Shown piece by piece: positions 60,841 to 60,872 of a stretch of 60,872 nucleotides of DNA (position 1 is its first letter; every line of letters begins with the position of its first letter). Source of the stretch: Kiritimatiellia bacterium (GTDB lineage: Bacteria; Verrucomicrobiota; Kiritimatiellia; RFP12; UBA1067); the NCBI GenBank assembly GCA_045641645.1, contig JAZUHK010000030.1:1-60872 (forward strand). Reading direction: 5' to 3'. Both the position numbers and the translations under genes were made by a program. The notes beneath the pieces are model-generated. The model saw nothing but the letters and a program-made list of their open reading frames with translations, was not told the DNA's origin and searched no databases.

Positions 60841-60872
60841 GTGGAGGGGGAGAGAGAAGGTGGAGAAAGTAG
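60820..60872 (+). repeat. polypurine composite repeat (runs off the right edge)
   Basis: GAGAGAGTAGGTGGAGGGGGA, followed by GAAGGTGGAGAAAGTAG at 60856-60872. The smc stop codon TAG lies within the GTAGGTGGAGG core. Confidence 0.8.

Overview
This 60.9-kb window is high-GC bacterial chromosome. Hand counts on individual 60-nt lines give about 70% G+C in ordinary genes. Gene content suggests the PVC superphylum (Lentisphaerota, Kiritimatiellota or Verrucomicrobiota), but this is inference only: several LacI-sensor/AraC-HTH hybrid regulators, giant secreted proteins with autotransporter-associated beta-strand repeats, a glycan-degrading gene set, and a divergent FtsZ.

Gene content, left to right:
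- Housekeeping block: thiamine pyrophosphokinase, folB, a serine hydrolase, pncC, nth and a YhcH-like gene.
- A roughly 1.8-kb low-GC two-gene insert bracketed by an 87-bp direct repeat.
- A HEAT/zinc-ribbon/nuclease-like gene translationally coupled to an RsmC-like methyltransferase.
- A 1,259-aa secreted repeat protein.
- rpe, a stand-alone coaC, a GT2 glycosyltransferase and a TatD-family gene.
- Two glycan loci, each headed by a divergent XylR-type regulator. The first holds GH5 and a 1,151-aa CE4-containing protein. The second holds a 1,721-aa glycine-rich/SGNH protein, a GH29 fucosidase, alkaline phosphatase, a YibE/F protein, a 3,587-aa giant protein, proA and a small OMP.
- hslO, a chagasin-like inhibitor and a HAD hydrolase.
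- A minus-strand ddl-ftsQ-ftsA-ftsZ-mutL operon.
- A third XylR-type regulator, then MscS, a nucleosidase, a C_GCAxxG_C_C protein, RluA, GH20, an orphan ABC ATPase, and an unusually short SMC that appears to lack a hinge.

Observations I consider most worth follow-up:
1. The AT-rich orphan membrane plus coiled-coil gene pair, flanked by repeats that duplicate the 3' end of the YhcH-like gene.
2. A polypurine composite repeat family (core GGTGGAGAAAGTAGGTGGAGGTGGA) at six or more loci. It is inserted in frame twice in the MutL linker and supplies the stop codons of two genes.
3. A consistent TGnTAnAAT box 6-9 nt upstream of eight start codons, implying leaderless mRNAs.
4. A recurrent roughly 190-aa module shared by the giant surface proteins.
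5. The short SMC.

No tRNA, rRNA, CRISPR array, integrase or transposase was recognised. All family assignments rest on motif recognition by eye. No searches were run.
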